Source of the DNA: Tissierellia bacterium
GTDB lineage: Bacteria > Bacillota > Clostridia > Peptostreptococcales > Acidaminobacteraceae
Direction: 5' to 3'
Assembly (NCBI GenBank): GCA_012841045.1
Contig: DUVM01000038.1
Location: forward strand, 1-42,198
Length of the DNA stretch: 42,198 bases
Shown one piece after another: positions 26,925 through 37,727 of the stretch. The position numbers and the translations under genes are program-made. The notes under the pieces are model-generated. The model saw only the letters and a list, made by a program, of their open reading frames with translations. It did no database searches and had not been told where the DNA came from. Position 1 is the stretch's first letter. Each line of letters begins with the position of its first letter.

Positions 26925-28024
26925 TACTGATTGATCCTGATCGGTACGAGATAGAAGGTAAAGCTGTCATCATCGGTCGGACTGATACGGCAGGGTCGCT
27001 GAGAAGTTGTCAGACTCATGGTCACATGTTCACTCTCCATCGTGCGAAGCGCCTTCAAGAGATAGTTTGGATTGAGTCCGATGCGGATGTCATCTCCCTG
27101 TTTTTTTATCTCAACTTCTTCTTTTGCCTGACCAGTTTGTGCACTGGAGGTAATCTTCAATGTGTCATCTTCGAACTGGCAGACCACGAGATAATTTTTG
27201 CTCTGATTGGCCATGATCGCTGCTCGGTCAATGGCGCTGAAGAACTCTCGATGATCCATCTCTACGTGAATGGCAAAGTCATCGGAGATGACCTGCTTGT
27301 AATTGACGTACTCTCCTTGAAGAATTTTTGAAATAATGAGGACATTATCAAAGGAGAAAGAGATGTAGTTGTCTGTCACCTGCAGGAGAATCTCATCATC
27401 TACGTTATAGGCGATAATGCGCTGCACCTCGCGAAGTGTTTTTCCGGGAACGACCACATGGATGTTTTCTCCGGAGATGATCGGCACTTTTTTAATAGCA
27501 ATACTGTAGCCGTCGATGGAGATCATCTTCATCTCATCCCCCTCGATTTCCATCAGACTTCCCGTGAGAATGGGCCTCGTCTCATCCGTCGAAATGGCGA
27601 AATTCGTCATCTTAATCAGATTGGAGAACATCCCCTGGTTCATGCGGATCTCTTGACCGCCTTCCACCAGAGGGATTTGCGGAAAGTAAGAGGAATCCAT
27701 CATCAACAGACGATACGATGCATGACCGCAGATGAGAGATAGGGTGTCTTCATTTTTACTTAATGTCAAAGCATCATCGGGAAGCTTTCTGATCAATTCG
27801 TTAAATAGCTGGAAATCAATGAGAACATGGCCTTTTTCTTCCACCAGAGCCGGTGTCTCTATTTGAATGGACAGCGAGAGGTCGTTTGTCTTCATATGAA
27901 GATGATCATCAAAAGCCTCTATGTAGACACCTTTTAGTGCCTCAAGTGTTGTTCTACTGGAAACAGCCTTTGATAAGATATTGAGAGCATAGAGCATTTC
28001 TCTTTGATTGACAGTGAACTTCAT
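26924..28024 (-). CDS. dnaN: DNA polymerase III beta sliding clamp
   Basis: The 366-aa product starts MKFTVNQREMLYALNILSKAVSSRTTLEALKGVYIEA and lies downstream of dnaA. Confidence 0.95.
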   Translation of the reverse strand: MKFTVNQREMLYALNILSKAVSSRTTLEALKGVYIEAFDDHLHMKTNDLSLSIQIETPALVEEKGHVLIDFQLFNELIRKLPDDALTLSKNEDTLSLICGHASYRLLMMDSSYFPQIPLVEGGQEIRMNQGMFSNLIKMTNFAISTDETRPILTGSLMEIEGDEMKMISIDGYSIAIKKVPIISGENIHVVVPGKTLREVQRIIAYNVDDEILLQVTDNYISFSFDNVLIISKILQGEYVNYKQVISDDFAIHVEMDHREFFSAIDRAAIMANQSKNYLVVCQFEDDTLKITSSAQTGQAKEEVEIKKQGDDIRIGLNPNYLLKALRTMESEHVTMSLTTSQRPCRISPTDDDSFTFYLVPIRINQ

Positions 28025-28233
28025 GGAGCCTCCTCATATAGATATACAGTATATATAACCTTAGTAGTATTAGTAGGGCCTGTGGATTTGTGGATAAGCT
28101 CTGGAAACGTGGCAGATCACAGGCTTTACAGCGTGGATAAATCTGTGGATGACGATGGGACAATATAAATGATTTTCAACAGCCTTTTTTGTCCACAGAA
28201 TAAAGGATGTTTTCCACAATTCTCTGTGGATTA
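28025..28233. other. oriC: oriC right-hand module (dnaA-dnaN spacer): AT-rich unwinding region, DnaA-trios, GC cluster and DnaA boxes
   Basis: An AT-rich stretch at 28036-28061 is followed by the trios at 28062-28076 and GGCC at 28077-28080. The boxes are tgtggattt 28081-28089, TGTGGATAA 28089-28097 (perfect), cgtggataa 28132-28140, tgtggatga 28144-28152, ttgtccaca 28189-28197, ttttccaca 28210-28218 and tgtggatta 28225-28233. Confidence 0.85.
28062..28076. repeat. DnaA-trio array TAG TAG TAT TAG TAG
   Basis: Five in-phase trinucleotides abut GGCC and then two DnaA boxes. This matches the architecture described for Bacillus subtilis oriC. Confidence 0.75.
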
Positions 28234-29547
28234 TTCTATCAATCGTTTCTTCAGATTTTCAATCATTTCTTTGGTGTCACTACGCGTCTGGATTTCCTTC
28301 GTAATTTTATCGCAGGCATGTACGACGGTCGAATGGTCTCGATTTCCAAAGATCTCTCCTATCTTAGGAAGAGAATAATCGGTCATCTCTCTGACGAGAT
28401 ACATGGCGATCTGCCTGGGATAGGCAATCTTTTTTGTGCGTTTGGGAGAATCGAGCTCTTTTTCCGTCAGATCATACGTTTCACAGATAATCTGACGAAT
28501 GACATTGTGGTCGATAATTTTTGGAAGGGAGTTGTCTATTAAGTCTCGAAGCGCTTCTACACAGAGTTCGAGTGTTACCGTCTGGTTGACAAGAGAAGCA
28601 AAGCTTGAGACTTTTGTAAGAGCTCCTTCGAGTTCGCGGATATTGTTTTTAATGTGTTTGGCAATATATTCCGTGACCTCATCGGGAATTTCTTTTCGAT
28701 CGCGCTCGGCTTTCTTCTTTAAAATAGCGATACGCGTCTCATAGTCAGGCGGGGTGATATCCGTAATCAGGCCCCATTCAAAGCGAGATCGAAGTCGCTC
28801 CTCAAGACTTTTCATTTCTTTTGGCGATCGGTCACAGGTCAAGACGATCTGCTTGTTATTATTGTAGAGCTCATTGAATGTATGAAAGAACTCTTCTTGC
28901 GTCTGTTCTTTCTTGGCAATAAACTGAATATCATCTATTAATAGTACATCCACGCTTCGGTAGCGTTCGCGGAAGGAATTGTTTTTTCCGCTCTGGATGG
29001 AATTGATAAAATCATTGGTGAATGTTTCGCTTGAAACATACAGGACTTTACTGGCTGGATTTTTTTGGCGCACATAGTGGCCGATCGCCTGCATCAAGTG
29101 CGTTTTACCGAGCCCCACACCACCGTAGATAAACAAAGGATTATAACTTCGGCCGGGCATTTGGGCGACGGCTACGCTGGCAGCATGCGCAAAACGATTG
29201 TTGCTTCCTACGACAAAATCTTCAAATATATAATTGCTGTTGAGACGGGTGGAACTAAAAGCAGGGGCTGATGGGGATCCGATCGTGAGTCCTTCTAGAT
29301 CTTCATCGGCCAAAACGGCAAAATCTTTTCTCATGCCGCTCAGTTGGAAATAAGCTTCTCCCAACTTGATATGACGTTTACTATTTAGTATGACCTCTCT
29401 GTTAAAAGCGCTCGGCGCTAACAGATACATCGTGTGTTCATCCTCTCTGATTAATTCAAGAGAACTGATCCACGTGTTGTAGTCGACACTGTCCATCGTG
29501 CGACTGAGTTCTTCTTTTAAATGATTCCAAGTGACCTCTCTTTGCAT
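28231..29547 (-). CDS. dnaA: Chromosomal replication initiator protein DnaA
   Basis: Motifs present are Walker [12 protein letters not shown], Walker B LLIDDIQF and the C-terminal DnaA-box binding helix [12 protein letters not shown]. The ATG at 29547 follows GAGGAGAG. The track start at 29595 runs into DnaA boxes. Confidence 0.95.
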   Translation of the reverse strand: MQREVTWNHLKEELSRTMDSVDYNTWISSLELIREDEHTMYLLAPSAFNREVILNSKRHIKLGEAYFQLSGMRKDFAVLADEDLEGLTIGSPSAPAFSSTRLNSNYIFEDFVVGSNNRFAHAASVAVAQMPGRSYNPLFIYGGVGLGKTHLMQAIGHYVRQKNPASKVLYVSSETFTNDFINSIQSGKNNSFRERYRSVDVLLIDDIQFIAKKEQTQEEFFHTFNELYNNNKQIVLTCDRSPKEMKSLEERLRSRFEWGLITDITPPDYETRIAILKKKAERDRKEIPDEVTEYIAKHIKNNIRELEGALTKVSSFASLVNQTVTLELCVEALRDLIDNSLPKIIDHNVIRQIICETYDLTEKELDSPKRTKKIAYPRQIAMYLVREMTDYSLPKIGEIFGNRDHSTVVHACDKITKEIQTRSDTKEMIENLKKRLIE

Positions 29548-29558
29548 AACTCTCCTCG

Positions 29559-29863
29559 CTGTCCACAAGTATATCCACAAGTTTTTCACTTGCACTTACT
29601 CACAAAATATCCACAATTTAGGTAGAAGGGTTGTGTATAAAATTTTCTGCAAAATATCCCGGAGGCGAATAAAAGGTTTATTTTGGTTATCTCACAGGTT
29701 GTCGGTTCGTACTTGTGGATAATTGACCGCTTTTCCACAAAGTTATCCACAGCATGTTAAGCTTAGGGGAAAAAAAAGCAGCCAGCTAAGACTTTATCCA
29801 CAATTTTCTCAACTATAACATTAGGAAACGAGGTTGACAACCAAAAAACCCCGGTTATCCACA
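29559..29863. other. oriC: oriC left-hand DnaA-box cluster upstream of dnaA
   Basis: Perfect TTATCCACA boxes lie at 29743-29751, 29794-29802 and 29855-29863. A perfect inverted TGTGGATAA lies at 29714-29722. One-mismatch boxes are atatccaca 29571-29579 and 29607-29615, and ttttccaca 29731-29739. A weaker ctgtccaca lies at 29559-29567. Confidence 0.85.
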
Positions 29864-29892
29864 ACGAGAATCGGTGATAAGTAAACCGTTGT

Positions 29893-29921
29893 TTGACTTC
29901 ACCTTCACTTGTCTATATAAT
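29893..29921 (+). promoter_or_regulatory. Sigma-A promoter of rpmH (TTGACT-17 nt-TATAAT)
   Basis: The hexamers at 29893-29898 and 29916-29921 are separated by an exact 17-nt spacer. They lie about 50 nt upstream of the rpmH ATG. Confidence 0.7.
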
Positions 29922-29972
29922 GAGGTGGCGTAAGTTATCTCTCATTGTTTTTTGGAAAGAGGAGGTGGGATC

Positions 29973-30107
29973 ATGAAAATGACATTCCAACCAAAGAAAA
30001 GGCAAAGAGCAAAAGTTCATGGGTTCCGAAGCCGCATGAGCACCAAAGCCGGTCGCCGTGTGCTAAAGAGCCGCCGCTCCAAAGGCCGTAAAGTTCTCAG
30101 CGCATAG
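29973..30107 (+). CDS. rpmH: 50S ribosomal protein L34
   Basis: This ORF is not in the track (44 aa). Its product is [52 protein letters not shown] lies 6 nt upstream. Confidence 0.95.
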   Translation: MKMTFQPKKRQRAKVHGFRSRMSTKAGRRVLKSRRSKGRKVLSA

Positions 30108-30129
30108 ACCCCATTCGGTGGTCTTTTTT
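30106..30129 (+). terminator. Hairpin plus T-run between rpmH and rnpA (attenuator / partial terminator)
   Basis: agacc ... ggtct is followed by tttttt. Confidence 0.5.
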
Positions 30130-30145
30130 GTGCTTGCGGAAGAAT

Positions 30146-30469
30146 ATGGACTGGAAGAAGCTCAATAACAACAGAGACTTCCAGCGGGTGTACTCCCGGG
30201 GTAGGTCCCTGGTAACTAGGTATTTCGTGATCTACTATCTTCCGCAGAAGGTGGGACATCACAGAATCGGCTTTACCGTCAGCCGAAAAATCGGCGGTGC
30301 TGTCGTACGTAATCGGGTGAGAAGACGGCTCAAGGAAATGTTCCGTTTGATCAACCCTTCCCTGCCTAAAAGCATGGATGTCGTCATCGTTGCCAGAGGG
30401 CGGGCAAAAGAAGGCAATTTCGATCAGATGCGTTCTCTTATGGATTCGAAATTTCGAGAAATTGCCTGA
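30146..30469 (+). CDS. rnpA: Ribonuclease P protein component
   Basis: Motifs present are NNRDFQRVY and the RNR motif [14 protein letters not shown] prefer the ATG at 30146. The track TTG at 30128 lies inside the T-run. Confidence 0.9.
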   Translation: MDWKKLNNNRDFQRVYSRGRSLVTRYFVIYYLPQKVGHHRIGFTVSRKIGGAVVRNRVRRRLKEMFRLINPSLPKSMDVVIVARGRAKEGNFDQMRSLMDSKFREIA

Positions 30470-30477
30470 GAGGTGCC

Positions 30478-30687
30478 ATGAAAACCGTTCTTTTGGCTCT
30501 GATCCGTTTTTATCAGCGGGTCATCTCTCCGTTGAAACCTCCGTCGTGCCGCTTTATTCCCACCTGCTCGGAGTACTCGAAGCAGGCAATAGAAAAGTAT
30601 GGCGCTCTAAAGGGAGGTTGGCTAAGTATCAAGCGCATCAGTAAATGCCACCCCTTTCATTCGGGAGGTGTGGACCCTTTAGAATAA
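30478..30687 (+). CDS. yidD: Membrane protein insertion efficiency factor YidD
   Basis: The 69-aa product contains [10 protein letters not shown] and [10 protein letters not shown]. Confidence 0.9.
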   Translation: MKTVLLALIRFYQRVISPLKPPSCRFIPTCSEYSKQAIEKYGALKGGWLSIKRISKCHPFHSGGVDPLE

Positions 30688-30702
30688 GGAGGACGCAAGT
30701 CC

Positions 30703-31404
30703 ATGACTAAACTTTTCGGCAGTTTTCTGCGAATACTCTTTGATCTTATAGGAAACTACGGCTGGACAATCATTGTCTTTACGATCATTGTCCGCATTGT
30801 GCTCTTTCCGCTCTCGATTCAGCAGCGAAAGAGCATGGAAGTGCAGAAGAAACTCAACCCTCAGGTTCAGGAACTCCAAAAAAAGTACGCCAAGGATCCT
30901 CAGACACTCAACGCTAAGACCATGGAACTTTATAAAGAGCATAAATACAACCCGTTGTCGGGATGTCTGCCCATGCTGGTGCAGATTCCTGTCATTTGGT
31001 CGCTCTTCTCTCTGTTTCGCAATGCGCATGAGTACATTCCTGCCGATGCTCTTCATCAGGCGTTTTTATGGCTTCCCAACCTGATCGCACCTGACACCCT
31101 GAATAATATACTCCCAGGCGTAGAAATGTTTAGCAAACTACCGGGAGTTCTGCCCATTATTGCTGCGTTCTTTACGTATTTGACCAGTAAGCGCGCACAG
31201 GCACAGACCGCTGCAGCCACCGCAGCCTCAGGCCAAAAAGGTCCGAATATGTCGGCGATGACCATCATGTTTCCCATCATGATTCTCGTTTTCGGCGCCA
31301 GTTATTCTGCCGGACTGATTTTATACTGGGCAGTCAGCAATATCATTCAATTCCTCCAGGATCTGATTATCGCTCAAATGGTATCAAAGGAGAATGTTTC
31401 ATGA
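30703..31404 (+). CDS. yidC: YidC/Oxa1 family membrane insertase (short Firmicute type)
   Basis: It is a multi-TM protein containing YKEHKYNPLSGCLPMLVQIPV, in the conserved position. Confidence 0.9.
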   Translation: MTKLFGSFLRILFDLIGNYGWTIIVFTIIVRIVLFPLSIQQRKSMEVQKKLNPQVQELQKKYAKDPQTLNAKTMELYKEHKYNPLSGCLPMLVQIPVIWSLFSLFRNAHEYIPADALHQAFLWLPNLIAPDTLNNILPGVEMFSKLPGVLPIIAAFFTYLTSKRAQAQTAAATAASGQKGPNMSAMTIMFPIMILVFGASYSAGLILYWAVSNIIQFLQDLIIAQMVSKENVS

Positions 31405-32141
31405 AAAGCGTGGAAAAACACGCCCGGACCGTTGAGGAAGCGTTAGAGCTTGCTCTGATCGCACTCAATGCGACGGAAGATGAAGTGGACGTGGAAGTGT
31501 TGGAAAAAGATTCCAGCGGATTCCTCGGACTCTTTGGCGGACGTGAGGCTCACATTCGCGTTACATTAAGAGAAGTACCTGAAGAAGAAGAAAAAAAATC
31601 GGACGACGTGTTTGCTCCGGAAAACGTCGTTCTTGAAGAACTGCAACAGCTGGGCATTGAAGTGGATGAACCCGCTGTGCAGAAAGAAGAACAAGATCCC
31701 AAAGAATTCCTTGCTGAATTTCTAGAAGATCTGCTTCAAAAAATGTATCTGGATGCAACGGTTGACATCCACGAAGGTGTCGATGGACTCGAAGCTATTG
31801 TGGATGGAGAAGACATGAGTCTTCTCATTGGAAGAAGAGGAAGAACGCTCGATGCTCTTCAGTACATCACCAATCTCGTATTCAACAGAAAACGAGACGA
31901 ATATATCCATGTGCTTGTCGATTCGCAGAACTATCGTGCGAAGCGCCGGGACACTCTTGAACAGATGGCTCGCCGCATGGCAGAAAAAGCCAAGAGACAG
32001 CGTAAAGATATCATTCTTCACCCGATGAATGCGTATGAGCGTCGCATTGTTCACTCGGCGCTGCAGAAAGATCCACATGTATCTACGCGTTCTGAAGGGA
32101 AAGATCCCAACAGACAAGTGATTATTTTCTTAAACCGTTAA
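31401..32141 (+). CDS. jag: RNA-binding protein Jag/KhpB (KH + R3H)
   Basis: Its ATGA overlaps yidC. The R3H region reads ERRIVHSAL and the middle is an acidic linker. Confidence 0.85.
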   Translation: MKSVEKHARTVEEALELALIALNATEDEVDVEVLEKDSSGFLGLFGGREAHIRVTLREVPEEEEKKSDDVFAPENVVLEELQQLGIEVDEPAVQKEEQDPKEFLAEFLEDLLQKMYLDATVDIHEGVDGLEAIVDGEDMSLLIGRRGRTLDALQYITNLVFNRKRDEYIHVLVDSQNYRAKRRDTLEQMARRMAEKAKRQRKDIILHPMNAYERRIVHSALQKDPHVSTRSEGKDPNRQVIIFLNR

Positions 32142-32166
32142 GACCCGGGTCACCGGGTTTTTTTTG
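32142..32166 (+). terminator. Intrinsic terminator after jag
   Basis: The hairpin acccgg-gtca-ccgggt is followed by T8. Confidence 0.85.
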
Positions 32167-32180
32167 ACAAAGGAGTCTAT

Positions 32181-33536
32181 ATGAGTACGATCGCCGCTAT
32201 TTCTACGGCAGCCGGAGTGGCTGCACTGGGAATCATTCGGCTGAGCGGTCCGAAGAGTGGTGAGATTCTTGAAACACTCTTTCGAGGTCCCCGCTCCCCT
32301 GTCAAAAATCCCCGCATGCTCTGTTATGGCCATATTATAGAAGAGGATCAGGTTCTCGATGAAGTGATGGCTGTCTTTTTGCCTGCCCCGCATACGTTTA
32401 CAACAGAAGATATGGCTGAAATTACCACACACGGTGGAAGAGTAGTTATGGAGAGCGTATATGCGGCTATTATTAAGGAAGGAGTTCGCATTGCAGAAAG
32501 AGGCGAATTCACACGAAGAGCCTTTTTAAACGGAAGACTTGATCTGACGCAGGCCGAAGCGATCGTCGAGCTCATTGAGGCGCGCACAAAGCGAGGGGCG
32601 TCGGTTGCTCTTTCGCATCTTGAAGGAGATACCGCTCGAGAAGTCAGAAGACTTCGTGAGGAACTCCTGACGATTCTTGCTAAGATTGCGTTAGCTATTG
32701 ATTATCCCGAAGAATCCAGTGACGAAGTGCAGAGCGATGATATAGAACAAGCACTTCAATCGATCGATCATTTTTTAGAAGAGCTGATCAAAAATGCTCA
32801 AAAAGGGCATATGATGGCTGAGGGACTGCGTGTAGCCATCCTCGGAAGACCCAATGTCGGAAAGAGCTCATTACTCAACGCATTATCAAGAAGAAACCGA
32901 TCTATAGTAACTGATATTCCTGGGACTACAAGGGATACGATTGAAGAGACCATTCAACTAAGTGATTTCCCTCTCATTTTGATCGATACGGCAGGCCTTC
33001 GGGAGACCGATGACCCCGTGGAGATCCTCGGGGTGAGAAGAAGTCGCGAAGCGCTTGCATCTGCCGACATGCTCCTCGTGCTTTTTTCAAAGGAATGGCC
33101 GCTTCAAAAAGAAGAAGTGGATCTCCTTGAGAGCATTCAGGGCAGGCCGAGACTCCTGATCATCAATAAGACAGATCTCGGAGGGGTTCTTGAAAGGGAG
33201 GATCTTCTCCCCTATGCAAGTGAAGAACAGGTACTTGAGCTGAGCATCACACAGCGTTCAGGGCTTGAGGCGCTGGAAAAAGCAATCCTCAAGGAAGCCG
33301 GTGATCTGGAAGAAGAAGCCCATACGCCGCTCATTGCCAGTGTCAGGCAAAAATTGGAGATTGAATCAGCCGCTGCATCTGTAAAAGAAGCGCTTGATGC
33401 TATGACGTCCTCTCTCCCCTATGACTATGTGGAGGTTGACGTGCGAGGAGCGTATGATGCACTTGGACGAGTGCTGGGAGAGGGATCGGCAGATATCATT
33501 GACGAAGTATTCGGAAGGTTTTGTGTAGGAAAGTGA
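32181..33536 (+). CDS. mnmE: tRNA modification GTPase MnmE
   Basis: Motifs present are G1 [22 protein letters not shown] and the C-terminal FCVGK. Confidence 0.95.
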   Translation: MSTIAAISTAAGVAALGIIRLSGPKSGEILETLFRGPRSPVKNPRMLCYGHIIEEDQVLDEVMAVFLPAPHTFTTEDMAEITTHGGRVVMESVYAAIIKEGVRIAERGEFTRRAFLNGRLDLTQAEAIVELIEARTKRGASVALSHLEGDTAREVRRLREELLTILAKIALAIDYPEESSDEVQSDDIEQALQSIDHFLEELIKNAQKGHMMAEGLRVAILGRPNVGKSSLLNALSRRNRSIVTDIPGTTRDTIEETIQLSDFPLILIDTAGLRETDDPVEILGVRRSREALASADMLLVLFSKEWPLQKEEVDLLESIQGRPRLLIINKTDLGGVLEREDLLPYASEEQVLELSITQRSGLEALEKAILKEAGDLEEEAHTPLIASVRQKLEIESAAASVKEALDAMTSSLPYDYVEVDVRGAYDALGRVLGEGSADIIDEVFGRFCVGK

Positions 33537-35413
33537 AGCATTATTCAGTCATTGTCATTGGAGCCGGACACGCCGGCGTAGAAGCGGCGCTTGCAGCCGC
33601 AAGATTGGGAGAACAAGTTCTCCTTCTTTCGCTTTCACTCGATGCCGTGGCCTTTATGCCGTGTAATCCCTCTATTGGAGGTACGGGAAAAGGCCATCTG
33701 GTGCGGGAGGTGGACGCGCTAGGAGGAGAAATGGGGCTCAACACCGACCGCGTCACCATTCAGTCGAAGATGCTCAACACAGCAAAGGGCCCGGCGGTTC
33801 ACTCTCTTCGTGCGCAGACAGATAAAAACGCCTATCACACGCAGATGAAACAAGTGGTGGAAGATCAAGAAGGAATTCATCTAAGACAAGGAGAAGTTGC
33901 TGAGCTTCTCGTCGCTGACGGAAAGATACAAGGAGTAAAGCTGCGTACCGGTGAGGAGATCTCGGCGGATATCGTCATCGTTGCTACCGGCACGTATCTC
34001 AAAGCAAAGATTTTCATCGGCTCATACATCGAAAACATTGGACCCGCCGGGCTAAAGCCCGCCAATCTTTTGAGTGAATCGCTTAAAGACCTGGGTTTTG
34101 AGCTAAGACGCTTTAAAACGGGGACACCGGCGCGTATCCATGCGGATTCCATTCGCACAGAGGTTTTGACACTCCATCCCGGTGATGAAAAAATAACTCC
34201 TTTTTCATTCATGAACGATTCGCTTGATATCGAACAGGTTCCCTGTCATATCGGCTATACGAATGAAGCGACCCATGAGCTTATACGAGACAACATCGAA
34301 CGCTCCGCCATGTATGGAGGGGCCATAGAAGGCACCGGCGCACGCTACTGCCCTTCGATTGAAGACAAGGTGATGCGGTTTGCAACGAAAAACTCACATC
34401 AACTGTTTCTCGAGCCAGAAGGACTGACGACAAAAGAAGTATATGTCCAGGGCATGAGTTCCTCTTTGCCCGAAGACATTCAGGAAGCCTTTTTAAAGAC
34501 AATTGAAGGATTAGAGCATGTGCAAGTGATGCGTCCCGGGTATGCGATTGAGTACGACTGCATTGATTCGACCGAGTTAACACTTTGGCTTGAGTCTAAA
34601 CGAATTGACGGGCTCTTTTTTGCCGGTCAGATCAACGGATCTTCTGGATACGAGGAAGCCGCAGCTATGGGTCTGATGGCAGGAATCAATGCCCATCTGA
34701 AGCGTCAAGGAAAAGAACCCTTTACTCTGAGAAGAGACGAAGCGTATATTGGCGTACTGATTGATGAACTGGTCAGTAAAGGCACCCACGAACCGTATCG
34801 CATGATGACCTCGCGAGCGGAATACCGCTTGATTCTACGCCAAGACAATGCGGATCTTCGCCTGACACAAAAAGGGTATGACATCGGCCTAGTCACGCAG
34901 GAGCGATATGAAAAGATGATCGACAAAAAGCGCATGATTGAAGAGGAAATGCAGAGGATCAAGGACGCCCGTATTCCTCTTGAAAAGATCAATCCGCTGC
35001 TCATCTCTTTAGGGCAAAAGCCTCTCGATCATACGCCTTCACTTGAATCACTGCTAAGACGAAGTGAGTTGAACTACAAAATCCTCGAAGAAATAGACGA
35101 AACAAGAACAAATGTTCCCCAATATATCTTTGATGCTGTACAGACGCAGATCAAGTATGAGGGCTATATCGCCAAACAACTTCAGCAGGTAGAGCACTTC
35201 CGACAATTGGAAGCGAAGAAACTTCCTCAGGACTTTGATTACTTGAATATGGAGGGACTTCGCATAGAGGCAAAGGAGAAGCTCGATCGCATCCGCCCCT
35301 CTTCTCTGGGTCAAGCCTCTCGTATTAGCGGGGTAAGTCCTGCGGATATCGCTGTGGTGATGGTGCAGTTAGAGAGGAGAAGCCGTGAACGAAACACTCC
35401 GACTCTACCGTGA
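33533..35413 (+). CDS. mnmG: tRNA uridine 5-carboxymethylaminomethyl modification enzyme MnmG
   Basis: The FAD motif is [19 protein letters not shown]. The GTG at 33533 overlaps the mnmE stop (GTGA). The track start at 33521 is a TTG. Confidence 0.95.
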   Translation: MKHYSVIVIGAGHAGVEAALAAARLGEQVLLLSLSLDAVAFMPCNPSIGGTGKGHLVREVDALGGEMGLNTDRVTIQSKMLNTAKGPAVHSLRAQTDKNAYHTQMKQVVEDQEGIHLRQGEVAELLVADGKIQGVKLRTGEEISADIVIVATGTYLKAKIFIGSYIENIGPAGLKPANLLSESLKDLGFELRRFKTGTPARIHADSIRTEVLTLHPGDEKITPFSFMNDSLDIEQVPCHIGYTNEATHELIRDNIERSAMYGGAIEGTGARYCPSIEDKVMRFATKNSHQLFLEPEGLTTKEVYVQGMSSSLPEDIQEAFLKTIEGLEHVQVMRPGYAIEYDCIDSTELTLWLESKRIDGLFFAGQINGSSGYEEAAAMGLMAGINAHLKRQGKEPFTLRRDEAYIGVLIDELVSKGTHEPYRMMTSRAEYRLILRQDNADLRLTQKGYDIGLVTQERYEKMIDKKRMIEEEMQRIKDARIPLEKINPLLISLGQKPLDHTPSLESLLRRSELNYKILEEIDETRTNVPQYIFDAVQTQIKYEGYIAKQLQQVEHFRQLEAKKLPQDFDYLNMEGLRIEAKEKLDRIRPSSLGQASRISGVSPADIAVVMVQLERRSRERNTPTLP

Positions 35414-36032
35414 TCGGGTCCTTGAGAAAAACAGATTTCTCAACCTCACGGCTATCACCGACAAGGAAGAATTTGATCAAAAGAATATCAATGACAGCCT
35501 GAAACTGTTGGAATTTCATTGCTTTATGCCTGGTGAAAAGGTGTTGGACCTCGGCACGGGGGCGGGATTGCCGGGGATTCCTTTAGCTATTATGGTCCCT
35601 GACATCGAAGTGACACTTGTCGACGCCAGGCAGAAAAAAATCAAATTTCTTCAAGAACTCCTTACAGAGCTGGATCTCTCTAACGTCAAAGCAATTGCCG
35701 CACGAGCGGAGGAGCTTGGAAGAAATCCAATCTATCGAGAGTCTTTTGATACGGTTGTCACCAGGGCGTTGGCTCCGCTCAACGTGCTGCTTGAATATTC
35801 TATCCCTCTTCTAAGAAGAGGAGGTCTCCTGTTTGCCTATAAAGGTCCTAAGGGAGAAGAAGAACTCAAACAAGCAAAGAAAGCCCTAAAACTATTGAAA
35901 ACAATGCATATGCATACACATACGTATCAACTGAGCGAAGCGCAATTGTCCCTCATGGTGTTTCAAAAAGAAGGCGATACGCCAAAGATGTACCCTAGAA
36001 CCTCCGGCACACCAACCAAAAAGCCACTTTAG
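35385..36032 (+). CDS. rsmG: 16S rRNA (guanine527-N7)-methyltransferase RsmG
   Basis: The SAM motif is [17 protein letters not shown]. The GTG start sits 6 nt after GAGGAG. Confidence 0.9.
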   Translation: MNETLRLYRDRVLEKNRFLNLTAITDKEEFDQKNINDSLKLLEFHCFMPGEKVLDLGTGAGLPGIPLAIMVPDIEVTLVDARQKKIKFLQELLTELDLSNVKAIAARAEELGRNPIYRESFDTVVTRALAPLNVLLEYSIPLLRRGGLLFAYKGPKGEEELKQAKKALKLLKTMHMHTHTYQLSEAQLSLMVFQKEGDTPKMYPRTSGTPTKKPL

Positions 36033-36040
36033 GATAATTT

Positions 36041-36062
36041 CCCCCGCAAGGGGGTTTTTTTG
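36041..36062 (+). terminator. Intrinsic terminator after rsmG
   Basis: The hairpin ccccc-gcaa-ggggg is followed by T7. Confidence 0.85.
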
Positions 36063-36087
36063 ATACAATAATGTTTGAGGTATGCGA

Positions 36088-36852
36088 ATGGGGAAAATCC
36101 TATCAGTTTTTAATCAAAAAGGCGGTGTCGGAAAGACGACCGTCAATATCAACTTAGCGGCCGGTCTGGCACGCAGAAGAAAATCCGTCCTTGTCATCGA
36201 CATGGATCCACAGTGCAATACGACCACTGGATTTGGCATCCACCCTGAACAGGGACATTCTGTCTATGAATGGCTCCGAGGGGAGCTGTCATTTGACGAA
36301 GCGAGACAACATCCGATAAAAAACATGGACATCATCCCAGGAAGCCGTGATATGGCGGCTTTTGATCTGGAGATGGCTTCGGTGGCAGATCGTGAGTCTT
36401 TATTAAAAAAGCAACTAGATCCGCTTCGAGAACAGTATGACTTCATACTCATCGACTGTCCGCCGGCCCTTGGGCTTCTGAGTGTGAATGCCTTGGTTGC
36501 GTCTGACAGCATCTTGATTCCCATTCAATCAGAATACTATGCGCTGGAAGGATTGTCGGCTTTAATGGATACGGTGAAGAGGATTCAATCCAGTATCAAT
36601 CCTGAGTTAAGCGTGGAAGGTGTTCTCCTGAACATGGTCGACCGGCGAAACAATCTCAGCAGAGATGTAGCCGACGAAGTGGAAAAATATTTCGGAGAAA
36701 AGGTCTACAAGACACAAATTCCAAGGAATGTGCGGCTCGCTGAAGCACCCAGTTACGGGATGAGTATCTTTGATTATGACAATTTGTCGCGTGGAGCTTG
36801 GGCATTTGGCGCCTGGGTGAAGGAATTCTTACGAAGGAGTGAAAATGGCTAA
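36088..36852 (+). CDS. parA: ParA/Soj chromosome-partitioning ATPase
   Basis: The deviant Walker A is NQKGGVGKTT. The ATG at 36088 has better RBS spacing than the one at 36082. Confidence 0.9.
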   Translation: MGKILSVFNQKGGVGKTTVNINLAAGLARRRKSVLVIDMDPQCNTTTGFGIHPEQGHSVYEWLRGELSFDEARQHPIKNMDIIPGSRDMAAFDLEMASVADRESLLKKQLDPLREQYDFILIDCPPALGLLSVNALVASDSILIPIQSEYYALEGLSALMDTVKRIQSSINPELSVEGVLLNMVDRRNNLSRDVADEVEKYFGEKVYKTQIPRNVRLAEAPSYGMSIFDYDNLSRGAWAFGAWVKEFLRRSENG

Positions 36853-37693
36853 AAAAAGAGGGTTAGGAAGAGGACTGGATTCTCTTCTACCGAGAGAATC
36901 TACAGAGCAAGGACGGGTTCTGGAATTAGATGTCGATGAGATCCGCCCAAATCCTTACCAACCTAGAAAAGATTTCTCGACAGAAGCCATGGAATCCCTA
37001 AAAGAATCCGTTGAAGAGCATGGAGTGATTCAACCCATCCTCGTAAAAAAAGTGGATCAAGGGTATGAGATTGTAGCCGGTGAGCGCAGATACAGAGCAG
37101 CCCGTATGGCGCAGCTCGATAAGGTTCCCGCCATCGTCGTAGAAGTAAAAAGTGCAAAGCAAGCAGAGATGGCCTTGATCGAAAACCTTCAGAGAGAGGA
37201 TCTCAATCCCGCTGAAGAAGCAGAAGGCTTTAAATCCCTCATGGATGAACACCATATGACGCAAGAGGAGCTTGCACGAAGTGTCTCTAAATCCCGCAGC
37301 TATGTAGCCAATGCGCTCAGACTTCTTTCGCTGCCAGAAGATGTGCTGAATTTATTGCGAAACGGGTCAATCAGCGCTGGTCACGCCCGAACGCTTTTGA
37401 TGTTTGATGAACCCAAGCGGTTGGAGATGGCACAGTTAACGATAGAGAAGGAATTGACGGTACGCGAGCTGGAGCAATTGGCAAAGAAGAAACCTGCCGT
37501 GCGTACAACGAGACCCAAGAAGGATATCCATCTTCGAGATATGGAGAAGCAACTGGAGGAAGTGCTGGGCACAAGAGTCCTACTTCGCGACAGTTCTGTG
37601 AGAAAGTCCGTTGAAATATCGTTCTATTCAAGAGAAGAAATGGAGGACTTTCTGGAGATGCTTATGAATGTTTCACGTGAAACATCTGGGTAG
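36845..37693 (+). CDS. parB: ParB/Spo0J partition protein
   Basis: Motifs present are the N-terminal KKRGLGRGLDSLL, the GERRYRAA arginine patch and an HTH. The ATG at 36845 follows AAGGAG. Confidence 0.9.
   Translation: MAKKRGLGRGLDSLLPRESTEQGRVLELDVDEIRPNPYQPRKDFSTEAMESLKESVEEHGVIQPILVKKVDQGYEIVAGERRYRAARMAQLDKVPAIVVEVKSAKQAEMALIENLQREDLNPAEEAEGFKSLMDEHHMTQEELARSVSKSRSYVANALRLLSLPEDVLNLLRNGSISAGHARTLLMFDEPKRLEMAQLTIEKELTVRELEQLAKKKPAVRTTRPKKDIHLRDMEKQLEEVLGTRVLLRDSSVRKSVEISFYSREEMEDFLEMLMNVSRETSG
37669..37684. other. parS: parS site 1 (TGTTTCACGTGAAACA, perfect palindrome) inside the parB 3' end
   Basis: It is an exact match to the Firmicute parS consensus TGTTNCACGTGAAACA. Confidence 0.9.
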
Positions 37694-37711
37694 TTCCCGA
37701 AAGATCGTAAA

Positions 37712-37727
37712 TGTTTCACGTGAAACA
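37712..37727. other. parS: parS site 2 (TGTTTCACGTGAAACA), 18 nt downstream of the parB stop
   Basis: It is identical to site 1, including the flanks (aaTGTTTCACGTGAAACAt). The centre-to-centre distance is 43 bp. Confidence 0.9.

Noticed and set aside
29687-29696. ttatctcaca, together with ttatctctc at about 29934 and tgatccaca at 7099-7107, as additional DnaA boxes.
   Set aside because: They need an insertion or carry mismatches at core positions. The 7.1-kb one is isolated, so they are not counted as oriC elements.
29834-29839. TTGACA hexamer within the upstream DnaA-box cluster as a plus-strand promoter.
   Set aside because: No -10-like hexamer lies 16-19 nt downstream, where a DnaA box (atccac) sits instead. 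The well-formed TTGACT-17-TATAAT promoter at 29893-29921 explains rpmH transcription.
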